Shown here in pieces: positions 47,617-55,091 of a DNA stretch of 64,000 bases. The position numbers and the translations under genes are program-made. The DNA comes from an uncultured Acidobacteriaceae bacterium. GTDB lineage: Bacteria; Acidobacteriota; Terriglobia; Terriglobales; Acidobacteriaceae. The stretch spans positions 277,865-341,864 of the forward strand of contig CAWBJV010000006.1 in the NCBI GenBank assembly GCA_963789205.1, written 5' to 3'. The notes beneath the pieces were generated by a model. The model did no database searches and was not told the origin of the DNA. It worked only from the letters and a program-made list of their open reading frames with translations. How positions within the stretch are numbered: position 1 is the stretch's first letter; the number at the start of each line of letters is the position of its first letter.

Positions 47617-48249
47617 GTGATCGAACTCCGCCGCTACGTGACTAAAACCGGCAGAGATGTGTTGGGCGAGTGGCTATCTGGGCTGAAGGACAACCGGACA
47701 AGGGCAAAGATTGCGGTTCGAATTGATCGCCTATCGGCAGGAAACTTCGGAGACTGCAAGTCGTTGCGCGGGGGATTGTTTGAGCTGCGCATCGACTGGG
47801 GGCCAGGCTATCGGATTTATTACGCGCTGGCCGGTCGAACTTGCGTCTTACTTCTGTGTGGCGGGGACAAGCGGAAACAGTCCTCCGATGTCAAACGCGC
47901 AACGGAATACCTCAAAGACTATTACGGAAAGGACACGTGCCCAATGAAGCGCAAGGCGAGCATATCTCATGACGAAGCCACAGTTCGTGAACTGCGCGAC
48001 AATCCCGAGTTTGCCGCGGAGTACCTCAGAGCTGCATTGGAGGATGACGACGAACCCAGCGTGCTCCTGATCGCCCTGCGCCGCATCGCGGAAGCCAGAG
48101 GCGGCATTGCCAAGGTGGCCAAAGCCGCCGGCATCGAGCGAGAGAGTTTGTATCGCGCATTATCGGTGCGTGGGAACCCTCGGCTCTCTACCCTTGTTGC
48201 CGTCACCAAGGCGGTAGGTTTGAGGCTTACGGTTGAAGCCGCACGGTGA
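47617..48249 (+). CDS. Single ORF fusing an addiction-module killer (RelE/ParE-superfamily, HigB-like) to its HTH antidote protein
   Basis: N-terminal half 'YVTKTGRDVLGEWLSGL..RAKIAVRIDRLSAGNFGDCKSLRGGLFELRIDWGPGYRIYYALAG..VLLLCGGDKRKQSSDV' is toxin-like. C-terminal half, from the in-frame ATG 47944, is 'MKRKASISHDE..NPEFAAEYLRAALEDDD...IAKVAKAAGIERESLYRALSVRGNPRLSTLVAVTKAVGLRL' (HTH antidote). No stop codon separates them. Confidence 0.7.
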   Translation: MIELRRYVTKTGRDVLGEWLSGLKDNRTRAKIAVRIDRLSAGNFGDCKSLRGGLFELRIDWGPGYRIYYALAGRTCVLLLCGGDKRKQSSDVKRATEYLKDYYGKDTCPMKRKASISHDEATVRELRDNPEFAAEYLRAALEDDDEPSVLLIALRRIAEARGGIAKVAKAAGIERESLYRALSVRGNPRLSTLVAVTKAVGLRLTVEAAR

Positions 48250-48298
48250 CGGATGGTTTTTGGCTCTCAGTTCCTAGCCATTGACAGCTGACGGCTGC

Positions 48299-50173
48299 CT
48301 ACTCCACCGTCACCGACTTCGCCAAATTGCGCGGCTGATCGACGTCGCAGCCGCGGCGTACGGCGATGTGATAGGCCAGCAGTTGCAGCGGGACGATCTC
48401 CAGAATTGCCGACAATTCTTCCGGCGCCGGTGGAACGAAGAGCACATGGTCCGCTTCTTCGGCGATCTCTTTGTCACCCTCAGTGGCGAGCGCGATGACG
48501 ATTCCGGAACGGGCCTTCACTTCTTTCAGGTTCGACATCGTTTTTTCGTAACGGACCATCGATTGTGGGCTGCTTACATCGCGCGTGGCAATGATGACAA
48601 CCGGAAGATTTTCGTCAATCAGCGCATTCGGGCCATGCTTCATCTCGCCCGCCGGATAACCTTCGGCGTGAATGTAGGAAATTTCCTTGAGCTTGAGCGC
48701 GCCTTCGAGCGCGATGGGATAGTGAATACCTCGTCCTAAGAAAAGGAAGTCCTGCGAACGGACGTAAGTTTTCGCCAGCTCGTCGCAGGCCTCATCGTGG
48801 GTGAGGATCTGTTCCAGCTTGCCGGGGATGTGCGTGAGTTGTTGCACGGCGGCCTTGGCCTGTTCGGGCGTCATGGTGCCGCGCACCTGCGCCAGATACA
48901 AGGCGAACAAATAAAGAGCGGTAAGTTGTCCGGTGAAAGCCTTGGTCGAAGCCACACCAATTTCCGGACCCGCGTGCGTGTAGACGGTTCCGGCTGCTTC
49001 GCGCGTGATCATGGAGCCGACCACGTTGCAGATGGCCAGCGTCTTCGAGCCCTTGGCCTTGGCTTCACGCTGGGCCGCAATGGTATCCGCTGTTTCACCA
49101 GACTGCGAAATCAGCAGCGTCATCGTGTCCGGCCCGAGGATCGGGTCGCGGTAGCGCCATTCGCTGGCATAGTCGACTTCGACCGGAACGCGGGCCAGGT
49201 TCTCAATCATGAACTTACCCGCCAATCCGGCATGCCAACTGGTGCCGCAGGCGGCGATATTGATTTTCTTCAGCGCCTTGAACTCGGTTTCGCCGACCTG
49301 CATCTCGTTGAGGAAGATGGCTCCGGTATCTTGCGAGACGCGGCCGAGCGTGGTGTCGCGGACCGTGCGTGGCTGCTCATAAATCTCTTTGAGCATGAAG
49401 TGCTTGAAGCCACCCTTCTCCGCCATGATCGGATCCCAGGTGATGCGCTGCGCTTTCCGCTCCACTGGACTGCCGTCGAAATCGGTGACCCGCACGCCTT
49501 CCTGAGTGATCACGGCAAGATCGCCATCGCCCAGAAAGAAAAGATCACGCGTGTGATCGAGGAGTGCGGGCACGTCGGAGGCGACGAAGTATTCGTCCTT
49601 GCCGAGGCCGATGACGACGGGCGGTCCATTGCGCGCCGCCACGATCTTGTTCGGTTCGTCAATCGCGATCACCACCAGCGCGAACACGCCGGTAAGTTCC
49701 TTGACCGCTTTGCGCACGGCTTCTTCGAGCGATGGGCGATGACCGTTTCCCGTTTGCACGTAATGCTTCTCCACCAGGTGCGCGATGATTTCCGTATCGG
49801 TTTCGGTGGTGAACTTGTGTCCTTCCGCGATCAACTTCTTCTTGAGCGAGAGATAGTTCTCGACAATGCCATTGTGCACCACCACGATCCTGCCGGTGCA
49901 GTCGCGATGCGGATGCGCGTTCTCTTCGGTGGGACGGCCATGCGTGGCCCAGCGGGTATGTCCGATGCCGTAGGTGCCATCGAGCGGCTTGAGGCGGATC
50001 ACTTCTTCCAGGTTGCGCAGCTTGCCTTCCGCGCGGCGGATCTGCAAGCCTTCGCCGTTTCCAGCCACCGCGATCCCCGCCGAGTCGTAGCCGCGATACT
50101 CCAGCTTTCTTAGACCCTCAATGATGACGGGGACCACCTGTTTCTTACCCACATATCCCACAATGCCGCACAT
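48299..50173 (-). CDS. glmS: Glutamine--fructose-6-phosphate aminotransferase
   Basis: 'MCGIVGYVG' N-terminal nucleophile, two SIS domains and C-terminal '...[13 protein letters not shown]'. 624 aa. Confidence 0.95.
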   Translation of the reverse strand: MCGIVGYVGKKQVVPVIIEGLRKLEYRGYDSAGIAVAGNGEGLQIRRAEGKLRNLEEVIRLKPLDGTYGIGHTRWATHGRPTEENAHPHRDCTGRIVVVHNGIVENYLSLKKKLIAEGHKFTTETDTEIIAHLVEKHYVQTGNGHRPSLEEAVRKAVKELTGVFALVVIAIDEPNKIVAARNGPPVVIGLGKDEYFVASDVPALLDHTRDLFFLGDGDLAVITQEGVRVTDFDGSPVERKAQRITWDPIMAEKGGFKHFMLKEIYEQPRTVRDTTLGRVSQDTGAIFLNEMQVGETEFKALKKINIAACGTSWHAGLAGKFMIENLARVPVEVDYASEWRYRDPILGPDTMTLLISQSGETADTIAAQREAKAKGSKTLAICNVVGSMITREAAGTVYTHAGPEIGVASTKAFTGQLTALYLFALYLAQVRGTMTPEQAKAAVQQLTHIPGKLEQILTHDEACDELAKTYVRSQDFLFLGRGIHYPIALEGALKLKEISYIHAEGYPAGEMKHGPNALIDENLPVVIIATRDVSSPQSMVRYEKTMSNLKEVKARSGIVIALATEGDKEIAEEADHVLFVPPAPEELSAILEIVPLQLLAYHIAVRRGCDVDQPRNLAKSVTVE

Positions 50174-50245
50174 TGGCTAATTGGCTCCTTGACGAATGTA
50201 TCGGTGGGGGACCGGTGATAGTTCGGGCACACACAAAACGGAGAT

Positions 50246-50500
50246 CTACTCTTCGAGGGAGAAACGAAACTCTTCAATGACTGGGTTCGTTAGAACTTCG
50301 CGCGCGATCCGCTCTACTTCCGCTTGCGCCTCATCCTTTGAGATACCGCCGTTGAGAGTAATTTCGAAATACTTTCCTTGCCGCACATCGTGCAAACTCT
50401 TGTAGCCGATTTTCGTAAGGGCGCCGTGGATAGTCTTACCCTGCGGATCCAGAACGCTCTTCTTCAATGAAACGTAAACGTAGGCTTTCATCAACCCCAC
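50246..50500 (-). CDS. purS: Phosphoribosylformylglycinamidine synthase subunit PurS
   Basis: 84 aa. 'KAYVYVSLKKSVLDPQGKTIHGAL..IGY..LHDVRQGKYFEI' is the PurS pattern. Confidence 0.85.
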   Translation of the reverse strand: MGLMKAYVYVSLKKSVLDPQGKTIHGALTKIGYKSLHDVRQGKYFEITLNGGISKDEAQAEVERIAREVLTNPVIEEFRFSLEE

Positions 50501-50594
50501 AATTATACGTCAGGGGACAAGGAATGGGACCGTGGTTTTCGTTATGGGAGGTATGCGCTCGGGCCCCTCTCTTTGGTGACGGCGAGTCTGTATT

Positions 50595-50837
50595 TTATTC
50601 AAAAGACGGGAGTTGACTATCCAACTCCGCAATCGCCTGCTCCAGGATTTGGCGGTGGCGAGGGTTGCTGGCTGCCTGCAGTTGTTGAGTGAGGCGTTTC
50701 CGGGAAAGAAGCAGGCCCTCGCGTTTCCGGTTGCGTTGCTGCTGCTCGGGCGAGATCGGTGGGCGGACGGTCTTCCGCGGCTCGGACATCTCCTCTTGTT
50801 GTTGCTCTACGGACTTACTCTCCCAGCCGCGTGCCAT
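50595..50837 (-). CDS. Small charged hypothetical protein (80 aa, starts MARGWESKSVEQQ)
   Basis: ORF with a coiled, Gln/Arg-rich sequence. Its first 6 codons plus 5' flank are duplicated at 54768-54802. Confidence 0.5.
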   Translation of the reverse strand: MARGWESKSVEQQQEEMSEPRKTVRPPISPEQQQRNRKREGLLLSRKRLTQQLQAASNPRHRQILEQAIAELDSQLPSFE

Positions 50838-50852
50838 CTGAGAATTTTACCC
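50819..50852. repeat. Repeat module B, copy 1 (start codon region of the MARGWE gene)
   Basis: tctcccagccgcgtgccatctgagaattttaccct versus 54768-54802 tctcccagccgcgtgccatttgaggaatcttacctc, in the same orientation. Confidence 0.8.
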
Positions 50853-50890
50853 TGTGAAGAGGGTTGCTGGCTGAATGCATCTGCTGCCCG

Positions 50891-50963
50891 AGACAGTCTA
50901 TTCGGTTTTCGTAACAGGAAATTTGCTGCCAACCAATAAAAGAGGAGGCATATACCATCGCTG
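50891..50963. repeat. Repeat module A, copy 1 (about 75 bp)
   Basis: gacagtctattcggttttcgtaacaggaaatttgctgccaacc...gaggcatataccatcgctg aligns with 54527-54602 at roughly 80% identity, in the same orientation. Confidence 0.8.
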
Positions 50964-51029
50964 CTCGGGTTGGGATTCTTGCTCACGGATTGCGTTAGGA
51001 ATCGCCAAACTCTCTTTCGGGCTGGGGTT

Positions 51030-51389
51030 ATGGATCGGGATAAGTTACGACGGCTAATTGGCCGTCTCAAACAGACACTGCGTCTGGAACGGCGGTTAAC
51101 CCTCGAAGAATTTCATCAACTGCTCCAGCTCTCAGGAGCAATCCTTGATCACGGGCGAATGGTCCAGGAATACCATGGCTACGCCGCGCCGTACGCGATC
51201 GTCGAGGTTCCAGAGTTGGCACTCCGCTTCAGAGAGACGCCGCGAACCATCCAGGACGCGCTCGCACTACTAGGGGACATGGGTCGCGCTGAGCCTTCTC
51301 ATCTCGGCGGATGTTGGAAATTGCGCCTGACAGACACTCCTCGCAGCGAGGAGGAGGAGAATGATACGGGGGATGTAGGGGCCGCTTAG
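51030..51389 (+). CDS. Hypothetical protein (119 aa from ATG 51030)
   Basis: ORF 50970..51389. 'MDRDKLRRLIGRLKQTLRLERRLTLEEFHQLLQLSG...' with an acidic tail. I recognise no family. Confidence 0.4.
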   Translation: MDRDKLRRLIGRLKQTLRLERRLTLEEFHQLLQLSGAILDHGRMVQEYHGYAAPYAIVEVPELALRFRETPRTIQDALALLGDMGRAEPSHLGGCWKLRLTDTPRSEEEENDTGDVGAA

Positions 51390-51428
51390 CAGTGCCGCGC
51401 TCGCTATTGTAGTTCAGGATGCCGAGAG

Positions 51429-51992
51429 TTATCTGGGTATCAACCCGTGTCTTCCTGATGGAAATCTGCCGACTCGAAAGAGTGTTTCCGCTGCTCGCTC
51501 ATATTGATCTACTAAGACCGGAAGCGATCGGCTTTGCACGCCTGGCAATACGACCTCGGTCAGCAGATGGAGGCAAGCCCCGATGGTTTGCAATCGAAGC
51601 CGAAAGGCATTCTCGGTAAGCTGAACGCCGGACGCCGCGATCTTTGGGTCGGAGCTCCGCTGCGCGGCTTGACCAATCTTGGCCAGCGCCGTCGCGGCCC
51701 CTCCCGCTTCCCAGGCATAGATGAGTGCCGCCCACGCGCGCCGCCGCTTAATCTCGCGGAACTTCTTGGGCGACAAATTATCGCGAAGGAACGCTTCCTC
51801 ATCTGAATCGACCAGGTTTCTGAAGGCCTCTATGTCGAGCGAGCGGAAAGTCCGGACAGCTCTTTCCAAATCAGCTTTTACCAGGTCGAGCCGGCGCGCG
51901 CGGCTGCGGAGGGCAACATACACCAGTATCACAAGGGCGAAGAACGCAACGGCGACAAGAGTCCAAGCGGCAGTCATTGCCGTAGAAGTCAT
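51429..51992 (-). CDS. Hypothetical single-pass membrane protein with a helical cytoplasmic domain
   Basis: 'MTSTAMTAAWTLVAVAFFALVILVYVALRSRARR' is a TM anchor. The rest is helical and charged. It starts 11 nt after the 7-TM gene stop on the same strand. Confidence 0.5.
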   Translation of the reverse strand: MTSTAMTAAWTLVAVAFFALVILVYVALRSRARRLDLVKADLERAVRTFRSLDIEAFRNLVDSDEEAFLRDNLSPKKFREIKRRRAWAALIYAWEAGGAATALAKIGQAAQRSSDPKIAASGVQLTENAFRLRLQTIGACLHLLTEVVLPGVQSRSLPVLVDQYERAAETLFRVGRFPSGRHGLIPR

Positions 51993-52003
51993 CGCCGGAG
52001 AAA

Positions 52004-52771
52004 TCAATCCCTGAGCAAGCGTTGAAGCTCCGAGTTCCAAGTCTCCACCTCACCATGGGGAACAACCGTGGGGGACGCAGGTTGAAGCTCGGGCGCCAGC
52101 AAGTACCTGATCCAGATCAAAACACAAACGAGGTAGGTGCCGGGTATCAACAAGTTCAAGAATTCCTCGCCTACCTTACTGGTGAATTCCGCCCGAAGAG
52201 CGTAAGTGGCAAGATCGACGCTTGTCAGAACGCCAAGACCCAACGTGATCCCGAATGCGGTGCCCCGCCAGGTCACACCCAGGAATCCCGAAAAGAGCAA
52301 CAAGGAAAGGAGCAAGCCACATTGAACCATAGCCGCTCCCCGGTTGACGACGGACACACCGGCAATCCACCTGACGCTATTGTCTCCCGGCGCATAGACA
52401 GCGAGCAAAACACCAACTAAAAACAGCAAACCTGTTACGCATTGCAGCGATCGCCTCGCTGCCACTTTCAGAAATTGAGATTCACGAAACAAATCTTTAG
52501 AAACCTCGTCAATTACCCCGAAACGCAGAGCGATGCTAAGCAACAGCGTGGCGCAATAAGCATATGCATACTGCTTTCCGCCGCCTGAAACGGAATACAA
52601 CGCAAACAGCAGAATAAACTCAGCAACTTCGTAAAGCGCATACGTGAAAAAGACCGGAAATTCCCGGTAGAAGCGGCGCCTCCATAGGACGACCGCAAGC
52701 ATTGCGAGAAGCACATGCGGCGCGATCCACAGGAAAAGCGCCAGCAACTTTTGCCAATGCACGGGGAGCAT
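52004..52771 (-). CDS. Hypothetical 7-TM integral membrane protein without a recognisable output domain
   Basis: 255-aa ORF with about seven hydrophobic segments (e.g. LLALFLWIAPHVLLAMLAVVLW, FFTYALYEVAEFILLFALYSV, LLFLVGVLLAVYA, GLLLSLLLFSGFLGV, YLVCVLIWIRYLL). Confidence 0.55.
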   Translation of the reverse strand: MLPVHWQKLLALFLWIAPHVLLAMLAVVLWRRRFYREFPVFFTYALYEVAEFILLFALYSVSGGGKQYAYAYCATLLLSIALRFGVIDEVSKDLFRESQFLKVAARRSLQCVTGLLFLVGVLLAVYAPGDNSVRWIAGVSVVNRGAAMVQCGLLLSLLLFSGFLGVTWRGTAFGITLGLGVLTSVDLATYALRAEFTSKVGEEFLNLLIPGTYLVCVLIWIRYLLAPELQPASPTVVPHGEVETWNSELQRLLRD

Positions 52772-52887
52772 CGCAGAGCACTATAGCCCTTGACACTGCT
52801 CCTTTACAACTGAGAAACCGGGCGCTACTTTTCGCGCGTCTGTGGGACATTAAAAGGGCCCTTCAAGGATGAAAAAGGCCCCCAAGG

Positions 52888-52924
52888 ATTCACAGTAGTC
52901 CTCCTTTCCGAAGAGGTTCGCACC
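52888..52924 (-). repeat. Second copy of the leader/RBS/GTG module of the small-peptide gene
   Basis: attcacagtagtcctcctttccgaagaggttcgcacc versus 53091-53127 tttcacggtagttctcctttgcgaaagaattcgcacc, about 30 of 37 identical. Both carry GGAG-type RBS + 6-7 nt + GTG on the minus strand. Confidence 0.7.
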
Positions 52925-52970
52925 GCCCGCAATAGCGCTTAGAGGCACCCGCCGTAGTGTCTTTTCCTGG

Positions 52971-53096
52971 TTAGGCTACAACGATGTGGGGGCAGACTCC
53001 GCCGGGACACATCGGATTGCCATCGGCCATACTTGGTAGCGCGGCAGTTGTGAGGAACAGAGCTAGAGCAGCCAAAGCCAGCATGAGTCGTTTCAC
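52971..53096 (-). CDS. Small secreted Cys-containing peptide precursor (41 aa, below the ORF-track cutoff)
   Basis: Translated by hand: V(M)KRLMLALAALALFLTTAALPSMA / DGNPMCPGGVCPHIVVA. RBS AAAGGAGA lies 7 nt before GTG 53096, with an in-frame ATG at 53084. It has a signal peptide with an S-M-A cleavage-like site. Confidence 0.45.
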   Translation of the reverse strand: MKRLMLALAALALFLTTAALPSMADGNPMCPGGVCPHIVVA

Positions 53097-53206
53097 GGTA
53101 GTTCTCCTTTGCGAAAGAATTCGCACCGTGATACATTGCAGGCGGCAGAGGGGTTTTCTGAATTTAGTTCAATGCGGGTGTCATTTCGGAAATCGTAAAT
53201 TCTTCA

Positions 53207-53626
53207 ATGAGACTGAAATCCGCTCTCGAGGACTTTGAATCGAATACCCTGGGCGCTGTCCCTGGGTTGTTGGGCAGACTTTCCTACGTTGGCAGATTGC
53301 ATGACGGCAAGGGAACCTACGATCACTGGGGTTTGGCGAGGGTATATGGCGACGACGCCGCACAAAACGCAATCCGAGCGTCTCATCGCGTGCTACTCTC
53401 CGAGGTCTTGAAGAAACCCTTGGCTGTGCTGCTCAAAGACGTGCCCGCGTCATGCGCGAATGAGCATCTGACAGAGAGCGAGTTCCTGGCTGCCTTGGCG
53501 CAATCCTCACCTAAGCCTCTTTCTCCAGCTGCCCGGGCACATCTCGCGTCAGTGCTGAGCGCACTTTCGGCGCTGGTCGAAAATCGGGAGAATGCCAATC
53601 CCCGAGGCGCATCGCAACCCCGATAA
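53207..53626 (+). CDS. Hypothetical protein (139 aa)
   Basis: ORF 'MRLKSALEDFESNTLGAVPGLLGRLSYVGRLHDGKGTYDHWGLARVYG...'. No family recognised. Its 3' end overlaps the convergent XRE gene by 116 nt. Confidence 0.4.
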   Translation: MRLKSALEDFESNTLGAVPGLLGRLSYVGRLHDGKGTYDHWGLARVYGDDAAQNAIRASHRVLLSEVLKKPLAVLLKDVPASCANEHLTESEFLAALAQSSPKPLSPAARAHLASVLSALSALVENRENANPRGASQPR

Positions 53627-54353
53627 CCTGCCCCAGCACCTCGGCCTCCTGCGGGTATCTCAGAACTCGCACCGAAACGGGAGACAAGGGATGAGGTTGC
53701 AAGACGATGGAGTCACGCTTGATCGAGCACCAGCAACAGGTAAATCCTTCGCGCATTTCCACAAAGTAAATAGGACGCTCGAACTCCGAACGCCATACTC
53801 CTTCCCCTACCTTGTTCTTAGTTTCGTCCACTTGCACGAAACTTCCAGGTTGAAGAATGGGATACATCGTGAAATCTTCCGATCCAATATAACCGTATGT
53901 GTATCGGTCATCGGCAAACAATTCGAGATAAGCCATGGGCACGGTACCCCATTGCTCGATGACACGTCGAAGGTCCGTCGTCTTCTGGAGCGAGAATCCT
54001 GGATCGAGCCGCGTCGGCATCCGCACTTGTGTGACGTTGCTCAAAGCGTTGGACAGATGAGACTTCTGCGGAACCCCAAAGCTGATGTCGGCTGAGATGT
54101 TATCGAGTTCCAGGCCGTAGAAGGATAGCAACTCGCGATATTCTCGCCGATAAATAGCCGCAAACGAATAGAGTCGAAAAATACTTGGGATTATGCCTTT
54201 GGTTTCGATGTCGGACAAGCGGCTGGGCGGAATTGCGAATTCCTCGCTGTCAAATCTCTGCGCGATCTGATTACTGGCCAGTTCCACGTCTCTCATACGA
54301 TATCCGAGGGTTTCTCTCAGCGCTCGCAACCTCTGGCCACCACTAAGTTGCAC
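53511..54353 (-). CDS. XRE-family HTH regulator with a degenerate S24 (LexA/CI)-like C-terminal domain
   Basis: GTG start with AGGAG 5 nt upstream. HTH 'QRLRALRETLGYRMRDVELASNQIA'. C-terminal 'DFTMYPILQPGSFVQVD...EVLGQVIGVAMRL' resembles S24 'GDSM..I..GD.V.V...GKV.G', but with Ser to Thr and Lys to Gln. Confidence 0.65.
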   Translation of the reverse strand: MQLSGGQRLRALRETLGYRMRDVELASNQIAQRFDSEEFAIPPSRLSDIETKGIIPSIFRLYSFAAIYRREYRELLSFYGLELDNISADISFGVPQKSHLSNALSNVTQVRMPTRLDPGFSLQKTTDLRRVIEQWGTVPMAYLELFADDRYTYGYIGSEDFTMYPILQPGSFVQVDETKNKVGEGVWRSEFERPIYFVEMREGFTCCWCSIKRDSIVLQPHPLSPVSVRVLRYPQEAEVLGQVIGVAMRLGDWHSPDFRPAPKVRSALTRDVPGQLEKEA

Positions 54354-54526
54354 GACTCCTGACCTCTCGGTGACATTCTATCACCGGTTCTAATGGCACA
54401 ATGAAAACGAGGTTCCGCCTGGATTTCCGATTTTTGGAACAGAAAAGCACGCGTGGTTGCAGTGCAGTTCCTTCAAGAAGGGATTCGGGCGGACTCCACC
54501 CGTTGCGGCAACCGACCAGGTCCGCT

Positions 54527-54602
54527 GAGCGTCTGTTCGGCTTTCGTAACAGAAAATTCGCTGCCAGCCCGGTAGAACAGGGGGCATATACCATTTTCGC
54601 TG
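54527..54602. repeat. Repeat module A, copy 2
   Basis: gagcgtctgttcggctttcgtaacagaaaattcgctgccagcc...ggggcatataccattttcgctg. See 50891-50963. Confidence 0.8.
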
Positions 54603-54767
54603 TATCCATGCGGCCGAAATGAGTCTTGGCGACCCCACACAGATAGAAGAAACTAAGGTTGTCAGGCACGAGGACCAAATCATGAGCGGGAAGTCCGAGA
54701 ACAGATTGAAGAATTTGGACTTCTCCTCCAACAGCGGGGGGTCTTGAGAAAGTAAAGTAATGTGTAT

Positions 54768-54802
54768 CTCTCCCAGCCGCGTGCCATTTGAGGAATCTTA
54801 CC
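54768..54802. repeat. Repeat module B, copy 2 (truncated MARGWE start, open for only 35 codons)
   Basis: On the minus strand ATGGCACGCGGCTGGGAGAG.. repeats the first 6 codons of gene 50595-50837, then diverges (MARGWERYTLLYF..). Confidence 0.8.
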
Positions 54803-55091
54803 TCGACGATTATGGGTTGTATACGAAGGTATAACTTGCCTGTGACCAGGAGATGAGTAACAATATTTTTTCCGGGAGGGCACCAATCCGGGAAACAGTG
54901 TCGCAGAACCTGAGGGGGGCTCCCCGACCGGGGAGAAGAATTAGATTGGTTCCCAAAAAGAGGAACCGACGCCTGCGACACCGTACTGTTGAACTGTAGT
55001 CCCACAGCTTGGCAAGCTGCGATGACCCCCAGTTCCTGCTCAAAATTCGCTGCGCGACATCTTGTACGCGGCAGGTGCGGGAGGCGTGTGT

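Noticed and set aside
50174-50245. glmS ribozyme upstream of glmS
   Set aside because: Only 72 nt separate the glmS start from the purS stop. That is too short for the ribozyme, and I could see no conserved core.
50901-50935. Sigma-54-like TTGGCAGC... in repeat module A (also CTGGCAGC at 54560-54575, minus strand)
   Set aside because: The -24-like TGGCAG is present, but the base pair 10 nt after the GG is CC (copy 1) or TC (copy 2) instead of the conserved GC of the -12 element. It was therefore not called as a sigma-54 promoter. The 14-mer CAGGAAATTTGCTG is also only an imperfect palindrome.
52825-52893. 22-codon ORF behind the duplicated peptide leader as a real gene
   Set aside because: It has a strong RBS and a GTG, but the product has no signal peptide and no similarity to the first peptide. 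It is too short to support, so it is mentioned only in a finding.
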